Part shown: positions 11,245 through 26,389 of the stretch, one piece after another
Numbering within the stretch: the first letter of the stretch is position 1
How the letters are laid out: each line of letters starts with the position of its first letter
Assembly (NCBI GenBank): GCA_965285935.1
Contig: OZ260662.1
Location: 33,108,001 to 33,172,000, forward strand
Direction of reading: 5' to 3'
Origin: Ophelia neglecta
Taxonomy: Eukaryota
Length of the DNA: 64,000 nucleotides
Notes under the pieces: model-generated
Database searches by the model: none
What the model was told of the DNA's origin: nothing
The model's input: the letters and a program-made list of their open reading frames with translations, nothing else
Made by a program: the position numbers and the translations under genes

Positions 11245-14200
11245 TCTATATATTTCAAGAGAGAAGGCATGTTCAGGTTGGCGTTAAAGTTGATCACAAG
11301 TATTTTTTTAATAATAATACCATGTTACGTGGAAATTTGATTCTAAAATTGAACTGAATTTGGATAACATTCTAATTGAATAGTTTCAGTAAATTCATGT
11401 TTAGTTGCTCCCAAACATGTCGGTGTGTTGAAATTTAAATGGAATATACTTTTTTTTCTTCTTAGAATACAAATGTGCACGGTATGGAATACTGACACAT
11501 TAAATGTTTTATATTCTTCGCTCAATAAACTTACGTTATAGGTCGAAGAGTCATCCAGAAAACACTGTGTACCATGCGTTGTATCTCAATGGTGAAATGG
11601 TTGCGCACAAAATTATTGTGGCACACAACCAACAACGCCAAACGTGTGTACCAATTTATTATTGAGCAGTCAGCATTGAGCAGTCCCGAATACTCTCTTT
11701 AAAACATTGGCTGAAAAGTTTTAAATTTGTAATCATCACACACAAGGGCGTCTGCGCTTTTTTCTTCACCGTTCTACTTTAAAGAATTACGCTGCACAAA
11801 ATCAAGCTATATCTCCACTAACATCCACTCCTCGGTTGCCATGACCCGAGAAACATTATTATCAACCACTGACAAAGCAACGTGTAATAGATATCTAGGC
11901 CTATAGCAGACATCATAAACTGGGAGGTTCTTTAAAAACTTGGAAGGAGAAATTCGTATCCAGCAAGGAAAAGCCATCTGTAGATGTCATTGATAGAAAA
12001 TGACTTAATTCAGGATAACGTTAGAGCACGTACTACCTTCATATTATTATATTGTCCTCCCACAAAGTTTCAATTATTTCCAAATGCGAGAGAACACCTC
12101 ACACATCAAGTGAACGTCGATCGTCTTCGTCTGACAATTGCCCACAGTGATTAAGGGGGGGGGGGGAATTAAGGGTTTATTTCGAGCATCGGGATCCATA
12201 GATGGTCTTAACAAGCTGTGGGTGTATTAGAAATGCTATTAAGGACATTTTAGATATGTGATCTGACAGCTGTCAAAGTAAAGCCACGAAGATGGCAAGA
12301 TAAACATCGAAGTTCGTCTTCAAACTGGACCTCTTATTTATCAGAGGAAGAAAACTTTACTTAATACCTTTTCTCGGACATTGTATATGACTTAGATAAA
12401 CATACACAACTATTTATTTCACTTATTTCACTTTATATCATAATTGTCATAAATCATCATTGTTACTAATGACTGGAAGAATGAAGCCGGCAAAGGTTTC
12501 TTGACCGAATCTTGTTTCACTGCAGCTGTGCAATTTTTGTGGGATACCGGTTATTTATTTTCTCAACCTCAGATTCCGCTCAAACAAAATGATCTTTCCT
12601 TCCTGGTCTCGCGATTTCCTCCTCTCAGGACGTGAGGCCAAAAACCATTAACGTCACTGTGGATGTATCAACTTCCGATAATAGGCCTACGAGTCTTGCC
12701 GCTACACATCGATCGTCTGCACTAGAAATGTCCGATATGCCCTACAATTTGAAATTATTTTTCCCGAATTGATTTAAATTGGTTTTAATCCAATAATATG
12801 AATTCATATCCTTACCACTGTGTCTTGACGTATGAAGACGCTTTTGCACAGCTGTCTTGACGCACAAAAGCCCATATCTTTACTGCCAAAAAGTTTTTAT
12901 AGAACGCCTTTGTCGGGATCGACCGTTTAATTGACCGTGGTGCGGGAATTTATGCCTTAATTTTTCGTAACTCGGGATTTGAGATTTCCTCCTGCTTCTG
13001 GATCAAGGCTTTTCATTTACTGTGACCAGGAAATGTTACAATTTTGCAGTGGCGTAATAGGGCTTTCAACTTGCAAAGGCGCCCCCTTCTGGAGGTAATA
13101 ACAAGAAGAAAAAAGTCGACATATGAATGAAGTAAAAATGAGCAATGTTCCATATAAATGCGAAGGGGAAAACTTCAAACGGGAAGAGGTACCTTATAAT
13201 TGTCTAAATCAATCTTAGTGCAAAGTAGCTCAGTTGCACTTGTCTAAAAGGGAATTTTCCCAATTCGCGGAATTATATCATATCCCCCACCCGACGATGC
13301 GAATAAGTTTGAGGATTAAAATTATTGAATACGAAACAGGTGTCAACTTTAACCAAAATCTCAAGATCTAACAAACGATGCACCATAATTACGTTTTCTT
13401 GTCCGACCAACCTGGTTCGTAAGTAAAAGGGTTTTTATCGACGCCAAACACTCAAAGGGATTGTCAATTGGGAGTATAATGATCCGACTCATCGACTGGC
13501 CTGGACACCTCGGTTCCTTCATTTTCCTACTTGCATCCGTTTGTGGAAACTCTTGCTTACCGGAAATTGTTACGGATCTACACCAAACTAGTGTCCCACA
13601 AGAAGAGGGCGAGTTAAACACTTTTCCTTTGTCCTGACTGTTCAAAGTCTCTTAGAAATCGATAAATTGACGTTTCTAAATAAATGATGGAACAGGTACA
13701 GTAATGGGGCGAAATCTACCCTAGAATAGGCAGAAACCTTTTGTCGCAGCGTGACTAATAATTTTTAAAAAAAGATTGGAAGCCTGTTTTCTGGTGATTC
13801 ATTGAGAATCACCTATCTAGTGACATAAGGTTTTCTGATACTAATATTTTACCATAGGGCTATGGAATGTCTTTTTAAATTAGAACTAAAACTGATGTTT
13901 ACTTTTACATCTTGCTGGCGGTTTTTTGATGATATTTCTCTAACATGTATACTACACTTTGGCGTGCAGATTTAAGGTTGCGGCTGAAAGAACTGATAAA
14001 AACACATTTCATTTGTTATAACAGGATAGCGTTTAATAATGTAAGCAAACGAAAGCTTTGTTTTCGCATTTTGAATGTTAAGGTAGCCACATTGAAGTGC
14101 ACCCCTATTTGTCAAGCTGCTTTACTTCCTTAACGACATTTTTTTCCAAGTGGGTAATGAGGTGTTTCTCCAGACTATTGGTAGTCCAATTATTCGATGG

Positions 14201-17200
14201 AACGGTCCCCTGTGTGGGTCTCTGAATCTTCAGTGATAGACATCTTCTGAACCGTTGGGGAAGTATAATAACAAGTTTTACCGTGACACCAGTAAATTGA
14301 GCGAGTTTTATCCCAAAAAAGATTCTCATCCAAGTAGATCTAGATTCGAATTACATCCATAAGAATGAATAAGACGTTGTCATTATTCTTGATTACGATA
14401 TTTTAGTTTTTTGATATATATGCATTTTATTGTTAATGATTCTGGCCTGGGGTTGCGCATTTTGTATTCAATATGTGGAAGTAAGCGAAAAACACATGAC
14501 AAAACGCCACACCACCTGTATCTTTATACGTCATTACAACAATTCTGTCCTCACTTATCAATGACAATGCTTATACTTTACTCGCACCGACACCTACAAA
14601 AATAACTTCTCTACTGGCTTATTCCTGTCTGCTGCGTTTTGTCATAAAGCTCGTCAGACGCATGTCTTTGGAATATATCCCTTCCTGACGTGATGTTCTT
14701 ATCAGCTTGCTGCCAGAACAAGTCAGCTTACAAAAGAAAAAAAGAGCGATGCACTAGAAAATAAATTATAGGTTTAGAAACATTTTCCATCGTTAGTTTG
14801 TCGGAAAGATGGTGTGGGCTAATAAAGGAGTCACTTATTTCCCGGTGTTTCCGGGAATAATCTGCCAATTGCTCCGCATACACCAACTGAGGCTATCAAT
14901 CAAACCACTTTTACTTTAGCATGGTATTTCGATAATATTATATTCTAGTCTATATAGTTCGGCTATTGGATACACTGAGAAAATGTTGGAATTGATCGAA
15001 TTGCTTTCAATGAAGTAGTTTACAACGTTTTATATAACGGACGTGTTTTGTTCAAGATTGCATTTACTCCCCTTATAATTCGGCGTATTGTACAGTTGGC
15101 ACATACATATAACTAATACAATTAAGATTAAAGGGGTCTTTAGCTATAGTGATACGGCCATTTGCTTTGTTCGGACTACAGCTAGCAATTCCCATGAGTA
15201 TCTTTCTTAATTAAATTATGAAATATAATGAAGTGGGTTTTTTTTTACGGCGACTAACGAAACTATTTTTGGCACAAAGGCTTATCTCTTTCTGGTTCCC
15301 ATTAAAATATAAATATAGTGCGTTGAGAGTGGAACCACAAAGGACTTACGATCCCGCTTGAGGTTCTTAGGATTAAGGGCATACATGTATATCTATTATG
15401 GGCCATATTGTGTCACATATCGATAGTGCTTATGACTTTGATATTATTTCGCATTTTAGAGCGAAACTGTGTTATGCAACAGAAGAGATAGAAGTACTGA
15501 TAACATCTAAAGCTTCTGATATAGACCTTATAAAAAAAGTATATGAATTTCCCGGAGTTGGAAGCAAGACTAAATATGATAAGAGATAGGTTACGGAGTA
15601 TTTATTTTCAATCCTAGGCATTTCTAAACGTTTTATAGGACAAGTAACACCTATTTAACTCAACACTTCATCTTTACAGTTACGATAACTGTCAATAGTG
15701 TTATAAGACATTAAAGTAGAAAGGCTTACACTGGCGCACAAGAATATGAGAGGGTTCATTCAACAACGTTCCAAACTGTATCTAACAAGACATGCACCAA
15801 TGCTTCTCGGAGGGGGACCAGGTAAGATAATCAAAACCTTTCAAATTAAAAATCGTTGAAGTGACCATTACTTTGAGGTACTTTGTCTTTTTAAGGACAG
15901 TTGAGTAGTTTTACCTAAGATGATTCAGCTTTCCATCCGTCCTACCGTTAACCACAATCCCACCTCTACTAAAAGTAAGCTATAGCTATGCAAATAACAA
16001 TTTCATAGATGGACGAGACATTTTTTTTTAATGTCGTGTTTTGACCGTTTATTTATCAAACAAAAATAATGTTTCATGTGACAATAATTCATTAGTATTT
16101 TAAAATATAGATGAACGCTCACTTAACTTTTGAGCAAAACAGCGAACTAGGATCTCGACGCACCAATGCATTTATACATGTTCAATAGATTAAAGTGCTC
16201 AAAATTGAAGCAAATTCTCACAGGGTCAATTACGGCTATTGTGTCAAGATATTTGAGTCCCTACCTGTCATAAGTTAATCGATATATACACACAGATTTA
16301 ATTTTGTCTTTTTCCAGCAAGATAAATGTATATGTGAGGCAAAGGCAAATTCCAAGCCACTTGTTGTTTATTGCTGTTTGGTAAAGTTTCATCAAGAAAA
16401 TAGACGGTTTTACACATTTAGATTTTCCCTTGTGTCACTATCTGCCAAAACATCTGATTTCTAATTCGTCTGCTCTTCAAAGGGGGCACTAACATTCATT
16501 AAAACGCCTGATTATTTCCCTGCAGCATTTCTCATACAGCATATTAAATAATGACTTCGTCTGATGCTTGTCCACTCCAGTTTTGCGCCTTACCCATGGT
16601 TTGGAAATGTTCCTGGAGGGTTAAATTAATAGAAAGGAACATCTCAAGGCATTTGAGTCACATATAAATCCCAGATCGGATCATTTAGCCTTCAGCTGGG
16701 ACAGTTAAAAACATACTAGGTTAAAAGTGCATTCCAAGTCATGCAACAAACAGCATTTACATGCCATTACAGGCTCAGCCAAATACTAGTTTTAATCTTC
16801 CAGAGGACCGAGTCTTATTTACATAAGGTGGTAACCTGAACTTCCTGGCTTTAACCTAGGGAAGGCGAATTAATTTTGCTTCAAAATTGTGAAAAAAGAG
16901 TAGATGTACAAACCAATAATGCAAAAATCAATAATCAAGTCGGTTTAGATTCATAAGGAACGTCAGCTGTAGAAAAGAACAAGCCTTCAGCTTCTTCGAG
17001 GTAACTGAAGTTTACACCAATTGCAGCATGCACCTGGTCGACTAATCCTGCTGATTAAAAGCATGGAATTATTAATAAAGAACTCAATCGGATACATGTT
17101 ATCATCAAAATAGGACACTTCTTTAATATTGTATATGCGTTTCGCCATTTGATACCCTGAGCACAAAGGAAAAGACACTGCCATAAGAGGCTTTATTTTT

Positions 17201-20200
17201 TTGCTCATTCTCAAATTCCGATAATGTTTTTTTGGAGATACTCAGTTTACTAACTTTTGGGCTAGGACCAAATAAACTATTTTTAAGTGTGTCTGTTTAT
17301 CTTTCGATTGCACAAAGAAAACAGCTGTATTCCGATAAATGACCGGATGATTTAGGCAGTCCATCATTCTTCACAGGTAATATTCGTATAAATGAGGTTT
17401 TAGCATATTATTCATATTTTCTGGAGGAGGGCTATGTCCAACCAGAGCTTTTTTAAATACGTAGAAAATAAGTTTAGATTGCAGTCCTACATGACTTAAC
17501 TGAGCCTATCGATGGTCTACAGTTAAAACAAATTTTTTATAGAGTCAGTGAAAGCATATAATAAAGATTTTTTGCTTATTACACTTATCGAGCAGACGCC
17601 ATCGAGTCACCCCGCTAAGGCGGCTGTTACGATTGGAAGCCTTACTGCGGGTGTGATGCCAATCTCTGTCGTTGGCCCCCTTTCATTGTTACATATATAA
17701 ATGATATCATGGTGGAATTCATCACTGATAACATTGGTCTGTTTATCCATTCAGAACTGGTCCACATCTGCTGTTCGAGAAGGCTGCTATCCGGACTTTC
17801 CTAGAAATATGACTGGTTTGACCGGTGGAAGCCAACATTAAATAGCCCTATAATTATAAATATAAGCTGGAAAAGTAACGCGCGAATTCCAATAATCTTC
17901 TTCAACGGCACTCAGTTGCAGAACAGGAATAATGTAAAACACGTAGGTCTCATAAATTGTTCAAAATTCACTGGAAACACAACTTAAATTCGTTGCTCCG
18001 ACAGCATCACAGTGAATAGAAATATTAATATCAATAAAAGAGACTAAACTATAAGTTTTCTGGTTTCTTTACCACTGCTTTTCGTTTATTAGGTAGACCA
18101 ATTATGGAGTACAGCGCGATACTAGTTGGTCGTGGCACTAATTTAGTCTTCGGCTAGGGAAGCGTTCAATTAGATGGCTTGCGGTTGATTACTAGCATTG
18201 TCCTGTCGTCGTGGCACTTCTCATTGACTTATTTATCGTGAGAGTGGCTTTCGACCTTTGGTAGAGAGAAGAAAAGCTGCTAGATTGCTGTTCAACATTT
18301 CATTATATTATCAACCGCGACACGGTAGACTATTTATAGAATCACATCCTCTCTTAGTCTCCGGTTTCCGAATGAGTCGTTACAACAGCCGTATCTCTGT
18401 CAAAAAAATTTCCCAAATTTCCATGGCTACAACAGAAATCCTCGTAGATTTTTGTGGGTTTCGAACTAAATGTGGATAGAATGTATTACAACTAGCTAAA
18501 CCCTATTTATCCTTTAAGAAAAAAGACACCTATATCGTGCACATTTACCTAAACATTGCCGCTTTCCAATAGTTATCCTGCCACAACAGATAATCATCAA
18601 GCTGAGTCTCTTTGTCAACTTAAGCATCATGATTAAACTTACATTCATATCTGTCCACATGCACGTGAGGTCATAAATTGAACAAAACGCGATTGATTTG
18701 CTGATGTGAAAATCAGTAAGGAAGAGTATTAATATTTTTACATCAAAGAGAATGTTTACGTACCATAGGCAATGTTTCTCACTAGCTCCCATGACCACAG
18801 TTCAAATAATTTGTGGTTTGTGCAGTGGCTATATGACCGAGAGAATGTCTGTTAGCTGACTTTTTAAAAAGAAAGATCACAATAAATAGATTTATCCAAA
18901 ATTGTGCATACATGCAAGTGTGCTCAGGCTAAACTTTCTATAATGGTTTTTGCTGAAATTGGGGTGAGTCCACGAAGACCGAACTCCCTCAGCTTGCTCA
19001 AGACGACTGCGGGAAACGAAAGTTTGCACTGTTAGGAACCGCAAACGGTCCGTCCTTGCAGTGCATTAATTCGTTTTATTTATGGTCCTATGTAAACAAG
19101 TTGAAAAGTAGTACAATTAAATATTTGAAAATGTTACCGCTGAAAATAAATGATTATGCTGTCTAGAAGATGTCGAGAGAAAATTAGGAATACCTAAAGA
19201 TTGCCTGATATTACAGGATATCTATGGTTGTTGTATGGCAATGGGTAATCGTTTCATTATTGTGTAACAAGTAGACACAGAGGCAAATATAGTGGGTAAT
19301 TCGTTATTCGGGTAAAAGGCATATCTAGTATGCTGGCTGTGTGAAGTCGCAATCGAAATCAACAAAAGAGCTGCCCAACCGAAAGTCGCCATTGACCCAA
19401 TTTCCACTGACACTGGGCACTGGGACCATATGATCGATCTGAATACATACACATTTCAGTATGCATGCGAAAAGCAGGACTTGCCTGAAGATATTTATAA
19501 ACTTTTAATTTTTAGGAAGGCCTAGAAAGAGTTAATCGGAGTACTGTGTACTAATGTTGAAATTGCCAGTTAATTATAGTAATGTTACACTGTTCTACAA
19601 ACGGTGGCTTATCTAACCACTTATCTAATCATTAGGCCTACTTGATCAGAATTACCTCCGGATTCAAACGCTTCAAAGTGGACGATATTCTGATGATTAC
19701 TAGAATTTCTGAATGGTTTCGATTTTTCAATCTCAAAAGGTAAATACCAAGGCAGTGTGACGTACCAAAATTAAACATGATGAGAATTATTGAAACAGTG
19801 CACATGCAACACTCAGAAATAATAAATGAAGAAAACACGCTTAATTTATACCACAGAACACACATTCAGCTCTAATTTTATACTTAACATATACTAACAA
19901 GAACGATGGAAAAATCGTCAACTAAGATTGCCGCAATCGGAAATAAGTGAATAATTCTATTGTAACAAATAAAGAGGTGTTTAACTGTTCAAGGGTTCAA
20001 TATCTTGAACTAGAGGTCTATGTGATATAACCGTGTCCCCTATTAACGATTGGCATCGAACATGTCTACAAATATTGCCAATTACCAAAGCAACATCCGG
20101 TTTGCTTTAAATGTAGAAACAGTTGTCTGGGTATAATCAGACCGTGAAATACGGATACTTTACTTATGCTCCTTGTAGGGTAAGCAATATTATATCCTAT

Positions 20201-22592
20201 ACCTTATTTCAAAAGCCCAATGAAAACTGCAATGAAATGCAAATATAATTCCTAATGTATTTTCATTAAACCAAGGGTCACCTTCTGTTTCAGCTTTCAA
20301 ACAATGGCCTACTCCAAATGTATGTTACGGCAATGAAACCTTGGTAGGTTTTTGAAGCCTCTGGTCAATTTTTACAAAATATATTGGCATATTGCATTAG
20401 ACAATGTTTGGCGTCCAAGCTTAACAATGTACCTTGCACTTATTTGTCAATGAAAGCAGCGCATTTGCTAGGAGTCGTCAAACAGGCAAAATTTCGCAAT
20501 CCATTCAATCATAGATATAGTGGTTTTTGAGTATGATGGGAAACCAAATTATTTACCTAACCTCACTTTGTCATCTCAAATAAATCGGCACAGTAGCATT
20601 CCATTAGCACAGCGTGGCTTGAATCCTTAAGCAATATATTGGTCATCATTAAGCTAACATTTTGTCATGCACTCTTACATCTGTCACTTGTGCCCATTTA
20701 TTCTGGTTCTTCACACTCCTTTCTACAGAAAATTGCCTGATTACCTTACATCACACTCATACATTGTATTCATGCTTGCAATTTTAATGCAACTATTTCA
20801 GCCCAGTATAGAAATAATACAGCATATTCGACGATCGACGACCCAAATACACATGGAGATTCCAGGACATTGCTTCCAGGGCATTTCTTCCGAAGAATAA
20901 TTTTGTCTCCATGGCGGTTCATTCCTTACTCATTTCATCACCCGATTGTTTGTGCCAGAAGCTTTTTCCAACAATACCCGATGTGTAGGGTGTTTACCTG
21001 GATCTAGCTCTAAAATGGTCCCCTCAAAATGCATATGTTTTGCTCCCTTTGTTCCTTTGGATAGGGAGAAGGGGGTTTAACAGGAGGTTGGCGGATAACA
21101 AGAGGTTGGGGGGATAATTGAATTACCTTTGACCCCTCCCCGAGGTTAGTCCATACTTTCTTTTACTCATTCCTAGTATTCCTAGTGTTTCGGCACACAA
21201 GCACCCTAAAGGATACACTGTTATCAAAATCGTGCTCTTTTAGATGATTCAGATTGGTTTAAAACTCAACTGCGTTTCAGTTGTTGCTCCATCTGGATCT
21301 CCAGAGGACCACGATTTATCCCTTATCAAAGTTTAAGAAAAGCCTTTACCAAAATATCTCCAGTAATATACATCAAATACATGTATTACAGACGTTTGCG
21401 AAGTGCTAACTATTCAATCAGTGTATGACCATCGATAACAATTACATTTTCCGTTCCAAAAATTATGCAACTAATTTCCATAGGTAAGAAATATGTATTA
21501 AAAACAAATTTTGCTACTTCTTAAAGGCCAATATAAATATATTTGTGCTAATTATTTTTTAAAGGTCAAACTATGTATCATTGTAAATTTTATCATAATT
21601 GGTTGCGGTGCCAAATCTGCACCCTCTCCACTTATTACAAGTCTTAAAATGCCTGCATACTATGAGCAAAATCGTTATATTTCTCCTCGGTAGTGCTATA
21701 TAATATTACTTATGTAAAGCGAACCAGTCTCCCTATTATTTCGACTGAACACGTGCACATGCAACATACCATCCTATATAAGTCAAAATGCAGATCAGTT
21801 CTGGGATAAACGGAGTAGATCATTAAAGCCAATGCAGTCCTTTACTGCGTATATTATAAAACTATCGCAGACTGTTCGTGAGTTGGTTCTATAGGAGAAT
21901 CATCGATCATATTTTGATCATATTTCCAGATAAACTTACAAAAGTCAGGAAAATCGAAAGGATACTAACACAAGAGTCTTCTTTACCTGTTGTAAGTAGA
22001 AAAACGTGCCTACGGGTTGGCTGCTAATAGAACAGCAGAATCTGATACTGTATTATCTTCCTGCTCCTCCAACAAGCCCACAGTACAAATGTTGGAATCT
22101 CTCTTGATATAGGCACTAGGAGACGCAGAAAGTTATTTGATGTTTCTGCTATGGGCAACCCAGAAAAAAGAAAATCCTCGCCATGCTATGGCCAGAACTT
22201 GGCAACCTAGATATCCATCATCTTTCTTTTCTTTCATTAGGTAAGTTAATTAAGTAAAATTTTCAAAATATTCGACTGTGAGTGTGCAGAATTCCACAAT
22301 TACCACTTTATCATAAGTACTACTTAGCAACGACTTGCAATTATCAAGGATAGGAACACAGTTTCCTGTGATATACATCTAAAAATTTGAAGAAAAAAAA
22401 TCGTGTCGTCTAGAAACTGTTCATCGTGCATTTAATATATTAAATGTCAACAATGCTTTATGACGTTATCAACTTTTCGGAACGCCAGGAGAGTCATAAT
22501 TAGCACTTCCACTTGGGATATCTGTCGTCCGTGTTTGCTTTGCTTTGCCCGAGCATGACATTAAACATTATGTCTTCCTAATAAAAAAAATA

Positions 22593-22639
22593 GAAAAAAC
22601 CTGACGAAGCCCATGCAAATCGGCCAAAATTTGTTTTTC
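22593..22639 (+). ncRNA. Possible degenerate minimal type I hammerhead ribozyme motif
   Basis: The layout is GAAAAAAC-CTGACGA-AGCC..GGC-CAAAA-TTT-GTTTTTC. Stem I (AAAAAC/GTTTTT), the CUGANGA box and stem II (GCC/GGC) are present. The CGAAA box reads CAAAA, as expected after CpG decay. Confidence 0.35.
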
Positions 22640-23746
22640 GAGAAAGTGAATTACCAACTGCGGAGTTTTAGCCAAAAAAATTCACTTTAAAAAAAATTAC
22701 ACTAAAAAATAAAATTACACTAGTAGGGTGTTGGTGTGGCAAAAGTATCAAAAGACTACCTGTGAACATGTGTACTGTAATCATTACCCAGTTAGTTCAT
22801 CAAGTAACATTTCAGTAAGTAAACTCCAGTACAGACACATTTTCCTAAAAGACTATTTATCTTGCACTGGAAAAGAACGTCTGCCTCATGGTAATCTTCC
22901 CCTTACAATACTAAAGCATTACCTTTAACGAAGCCACTAGTATTTTTAAGACTTCATCAATGCCATGCTTTCCATTTGGTGATTTGAAATGCTAACACAC
23001 CCACTTATATGGCTGCCCTTGCGGCATCCTCCCATTCAGGGGGCCGTATCACGTACAAGTGTATAGCGCAAGGGAAATTAGCCCAAATCACTAAAAAAAA
23101 TACAGTCTTAGGCCAGACAAAGGTGCGTTGTTTGCTTTATTAACCCTATTCACTACTTCCCGAAGTCTTCAATACCAAGAAGTACTTACGGTATGCATCA
23201 GCTAAGACTAGCCTACGTTGCAAAGCTGTAACGCTGGCTCAGAGTTAGCTGCTTTCGTAATGGGAATTGCCTGATAAAAACAAAGGTTTCATTTTTTCAA
23301 CATCTCGATGCATTTATATAATGTTTGGTTATAATGTTAAAACATACGAGTGTGACAAATTTCTTTCGGGGCTGGTGCTGACATTTGATGCTTTTAAGTA
23401 ATTAAGGGTCAGTGAAGAGAAACATCGGCAGTGAGTCAGTGTGCCCAACTACGTCATCCCTAAATAAATCAGTTTGCGGCATTGGAAGCAAAGTAATCAA
23501 ATAATTAATTGTGCTTGATTATAATTTTGTTTTTCAGTTAAAATACTGGTGATAATCAAAATATTCTAAGTATGAAATTTTTAATGGGAAGGCAGAAGTC
23601 AAAAAAGTGTCTGGTAGTTGCCTTTTGACATTAGTTAAAAACCGAATTTAACATGCCTATGAAGTGAACAACTATGCCTAGTAGGTACGATTTTTCATTT
23701 TTCAATATAATTCCGACAAGATAATGTGGTTTGGAAGGAACTCTTC

Positions 23747-23797
23747 AATAATAATAATATTGGCATCTTCTCGTAAATGACCTCAAAGGCGCTTTAC
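23747..23797 (-). mobile_element. L2-type LINE/SINE 3' terminus with (TAT)n tail
   Basis: The minus strand reads GTAAAGCGCCTTTGAGGTCATTTACGAGAAGATGCCAATATTATTATTATT. The same motif occurs at positions 16-36. Confidence 0.65.
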
Positions 23798-26389
23798 CAT
23801 ATAAGAAGAAATGGAAGGTGCTTTACATAAGATCTCTATTAAAAATCGAATAAAGCTAAAAAAATACGGCTCAATATTAAGCTGATTAGTAATGAAGCTA
23901 AAGCATAATGCGTTTAATGCCACTTCCATGGAGTGCCTCATCAAACCGTTTTTTTACCGTGCCAATGTCCTGTTAAAGCACAAAATCACAATCAGAACAT
24001 TGCAGTGTCATAAACATGAACACCGTAAGAACTTGTTATATTTGACAATCTCTAATGCTAAGACCAGATGAAAACACTGATTCTTTCCGGTAGCGGTAGG
24101 GACTGTCTGTGAGAACAAAACCGATACTGATCGGGCAAATGGAATTCATCAACTATTCCTAAACGATTACGAAATAACTTTAAGGTCTGTTGTGATTTAC
24201 CATTGAAAAGCCATATGCGATTTGCAGCTTTTTCCCGATGAAAAACCGTGTATCTCTTGATTTCCTTTAGTGTTTGAATACGAGTGGAGTTTACAGATGA
24301 TTCGGCCCTTCCTAAATTCACATTTGATAGATTAGACTCTCCTCAATAATTTATTGATCTTCGCGAGCCCTGTTAACCAGTGATGCACTTGTGACTGGTA
24401 AAAGTATATGACCACTACTTGCATTATACATATTCTGTGTTCTGTACCATTTGGTGCGGGGGATAAATGGCAGAATGAAGAGCTTCTGACAACGCAGACG
24501 GTTCCCCATGACACTAACGTCTTGTAACTTGAAGTGGGATGAGTTGAAATGCCTGGTAACATCGAATGGTAACATGAGTTACATCGAAAAATTCTGGCTA
24601 TAGGACTGCTGTCATATAGGCCTGTTTGATTGTGAGGAGAAGAATTATTATTTTTGAGCCGACTACGTTTCCTACCAAAATGAAATGAGAGAGAAGGTTT
24701 ATTTCAGGAATGAGTAAAACCCCCTCTGAGAATTCTCCATGGTGGTAATCATGTTGTAGGAGGCTTATCGCGCGGGCTTATTATGAAGAGGTTTCAGGGG
24801 AAGGTAGACATTATTCAAATAATCCTATCAAGTAGTTACTTTAGGTGTAGGACGACAGATTGTACATTTTAAGGCTGTTCTTAAACCTGATTAGTGTCGT
24901 ATTGAAAATAAGAGAGCATTATTCGAAGTTTGTGTTTAAATGTCAGCAAGCGTGGACTCCCAGAGATTAACAAAAAAGGGTGCTACATATGCTATTGGGT
25001 GTGTGTTTGTTTTAAAGCACACAATAAATATCTCTTAAATTACCAACACTCTGGCAGGGGTATCCGTGAAAACGTGTGCCCTTTTGGGCATGTGACTGGT
25101 AAACCTGAAAAGTAATGAAAACAACAGGCCGGGCGAGTAAGTTCGGAATAGGTCAATCAATCTTCTCAGCCGATACACTTGCTGCCGAGAGACCTCAGCT
25201 GGCAACGCAGCTAAGGGCTTACAAGATGAAATTGAGTTTTACCTAGCATGTTATAAATTCCGCCCTGATTTAGGTTGATATGACCAAGAAACGTTCAAGT
25301 GTACCCTGTAGGCATGTAAACACCCGATGTGTCAGAATACAAGCTGCCAAACTGCATGTGTACGTAATAATTGTATATATGTATATTTTATAAACCCTCA
25401 TGTATATATAGGAAGTAAGGTAAATCTGAACGAAAAAGTACGAGAACCTCGTATCATTTCAGACTACACTTTGTTTATCTTCTCAATTTAAGCTTGCCGT
25501 GTTTTACTGACTTAAGATTTTTGATCGTTATTATTCATTTCATTAATATAATGTTGTCTTCCTTCGTAAAAAAATCGAATCAGCCACCAAGGAAATACAT
25601 CTAGTTGCTCATAAGCATCTTTACAACGGCATAATGTTACTTAATTAAAGTCAAAATAGTAGGAAATGAAGTATAATTTGACAACAATTTAATGAGAACT
25701 GGTACACGAACACAATCTACCTGAGTTCAAAGTCAGTGGACAGCTTCTGAAAGAAGTGCATGATATGTTCCTGACACGGCTGTTTTTTTTTCCAAAAGTT
25801 TCTTTTATCATGAAACATAAGGCGTAACTGAATATGAAACTGACAGGTTTTGTTTCCTCGAGCGGCGTATATATATACCTATATATAGACCAACTTCCGG
25901 AGCGTACAAGGCGTTGTCCTGGCTGAGATACTGATCTTTGCCCTCATATTTCAAGGAAACGGTCATGTGCCATTGTCTCCTTTATAGGTATGTAAAGGCC
26001 GCCCGAGAGAAAAAACCTTTCCAATAATCAACTAACACGGTCATTTACGCCATTCAGACACTAGAAAAACAAATAGAGAAAAAGTTCTCAGGCTTCCATA
26101 AAAATCAGTTCGACGTACATGTATCCTAAGGCAAAGAAGAAAAATTGATTTAAGTTTGGACCTATGTGTTTTAATCAGAGGTCTAGTGATCACTCAAAAC
26201 AAGGAATTTCACTGGCCAAATGTTTACATCCCAAAAATAAGAAATCGATTTCTCAGCAGATATATTAAGATGTAAAGATATATCTGAAAAGGTAATACTA
26301 TGCTTTATAAGGGTGAGTAATGATTATACTCAGACATTGTACTAAACTGGCCAGATTAAAGTTCACATACAGGGACAATCAGGAAATGA

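Noticed and set aside
14625-14670. Hammerhead-like CTGACGAGC..CAAAACG on the minus strand
   Set aside because: Stem II, the GAAA box, the NUH triplet and stem I are all defective. There are too many mismatches.
15450-15825. Two plus-strand exon-like segments, the second ending in CAG|GTAAGA
   Set aside because: Splice-like signals are present, but there are stops in all frames and no recognisable protein.
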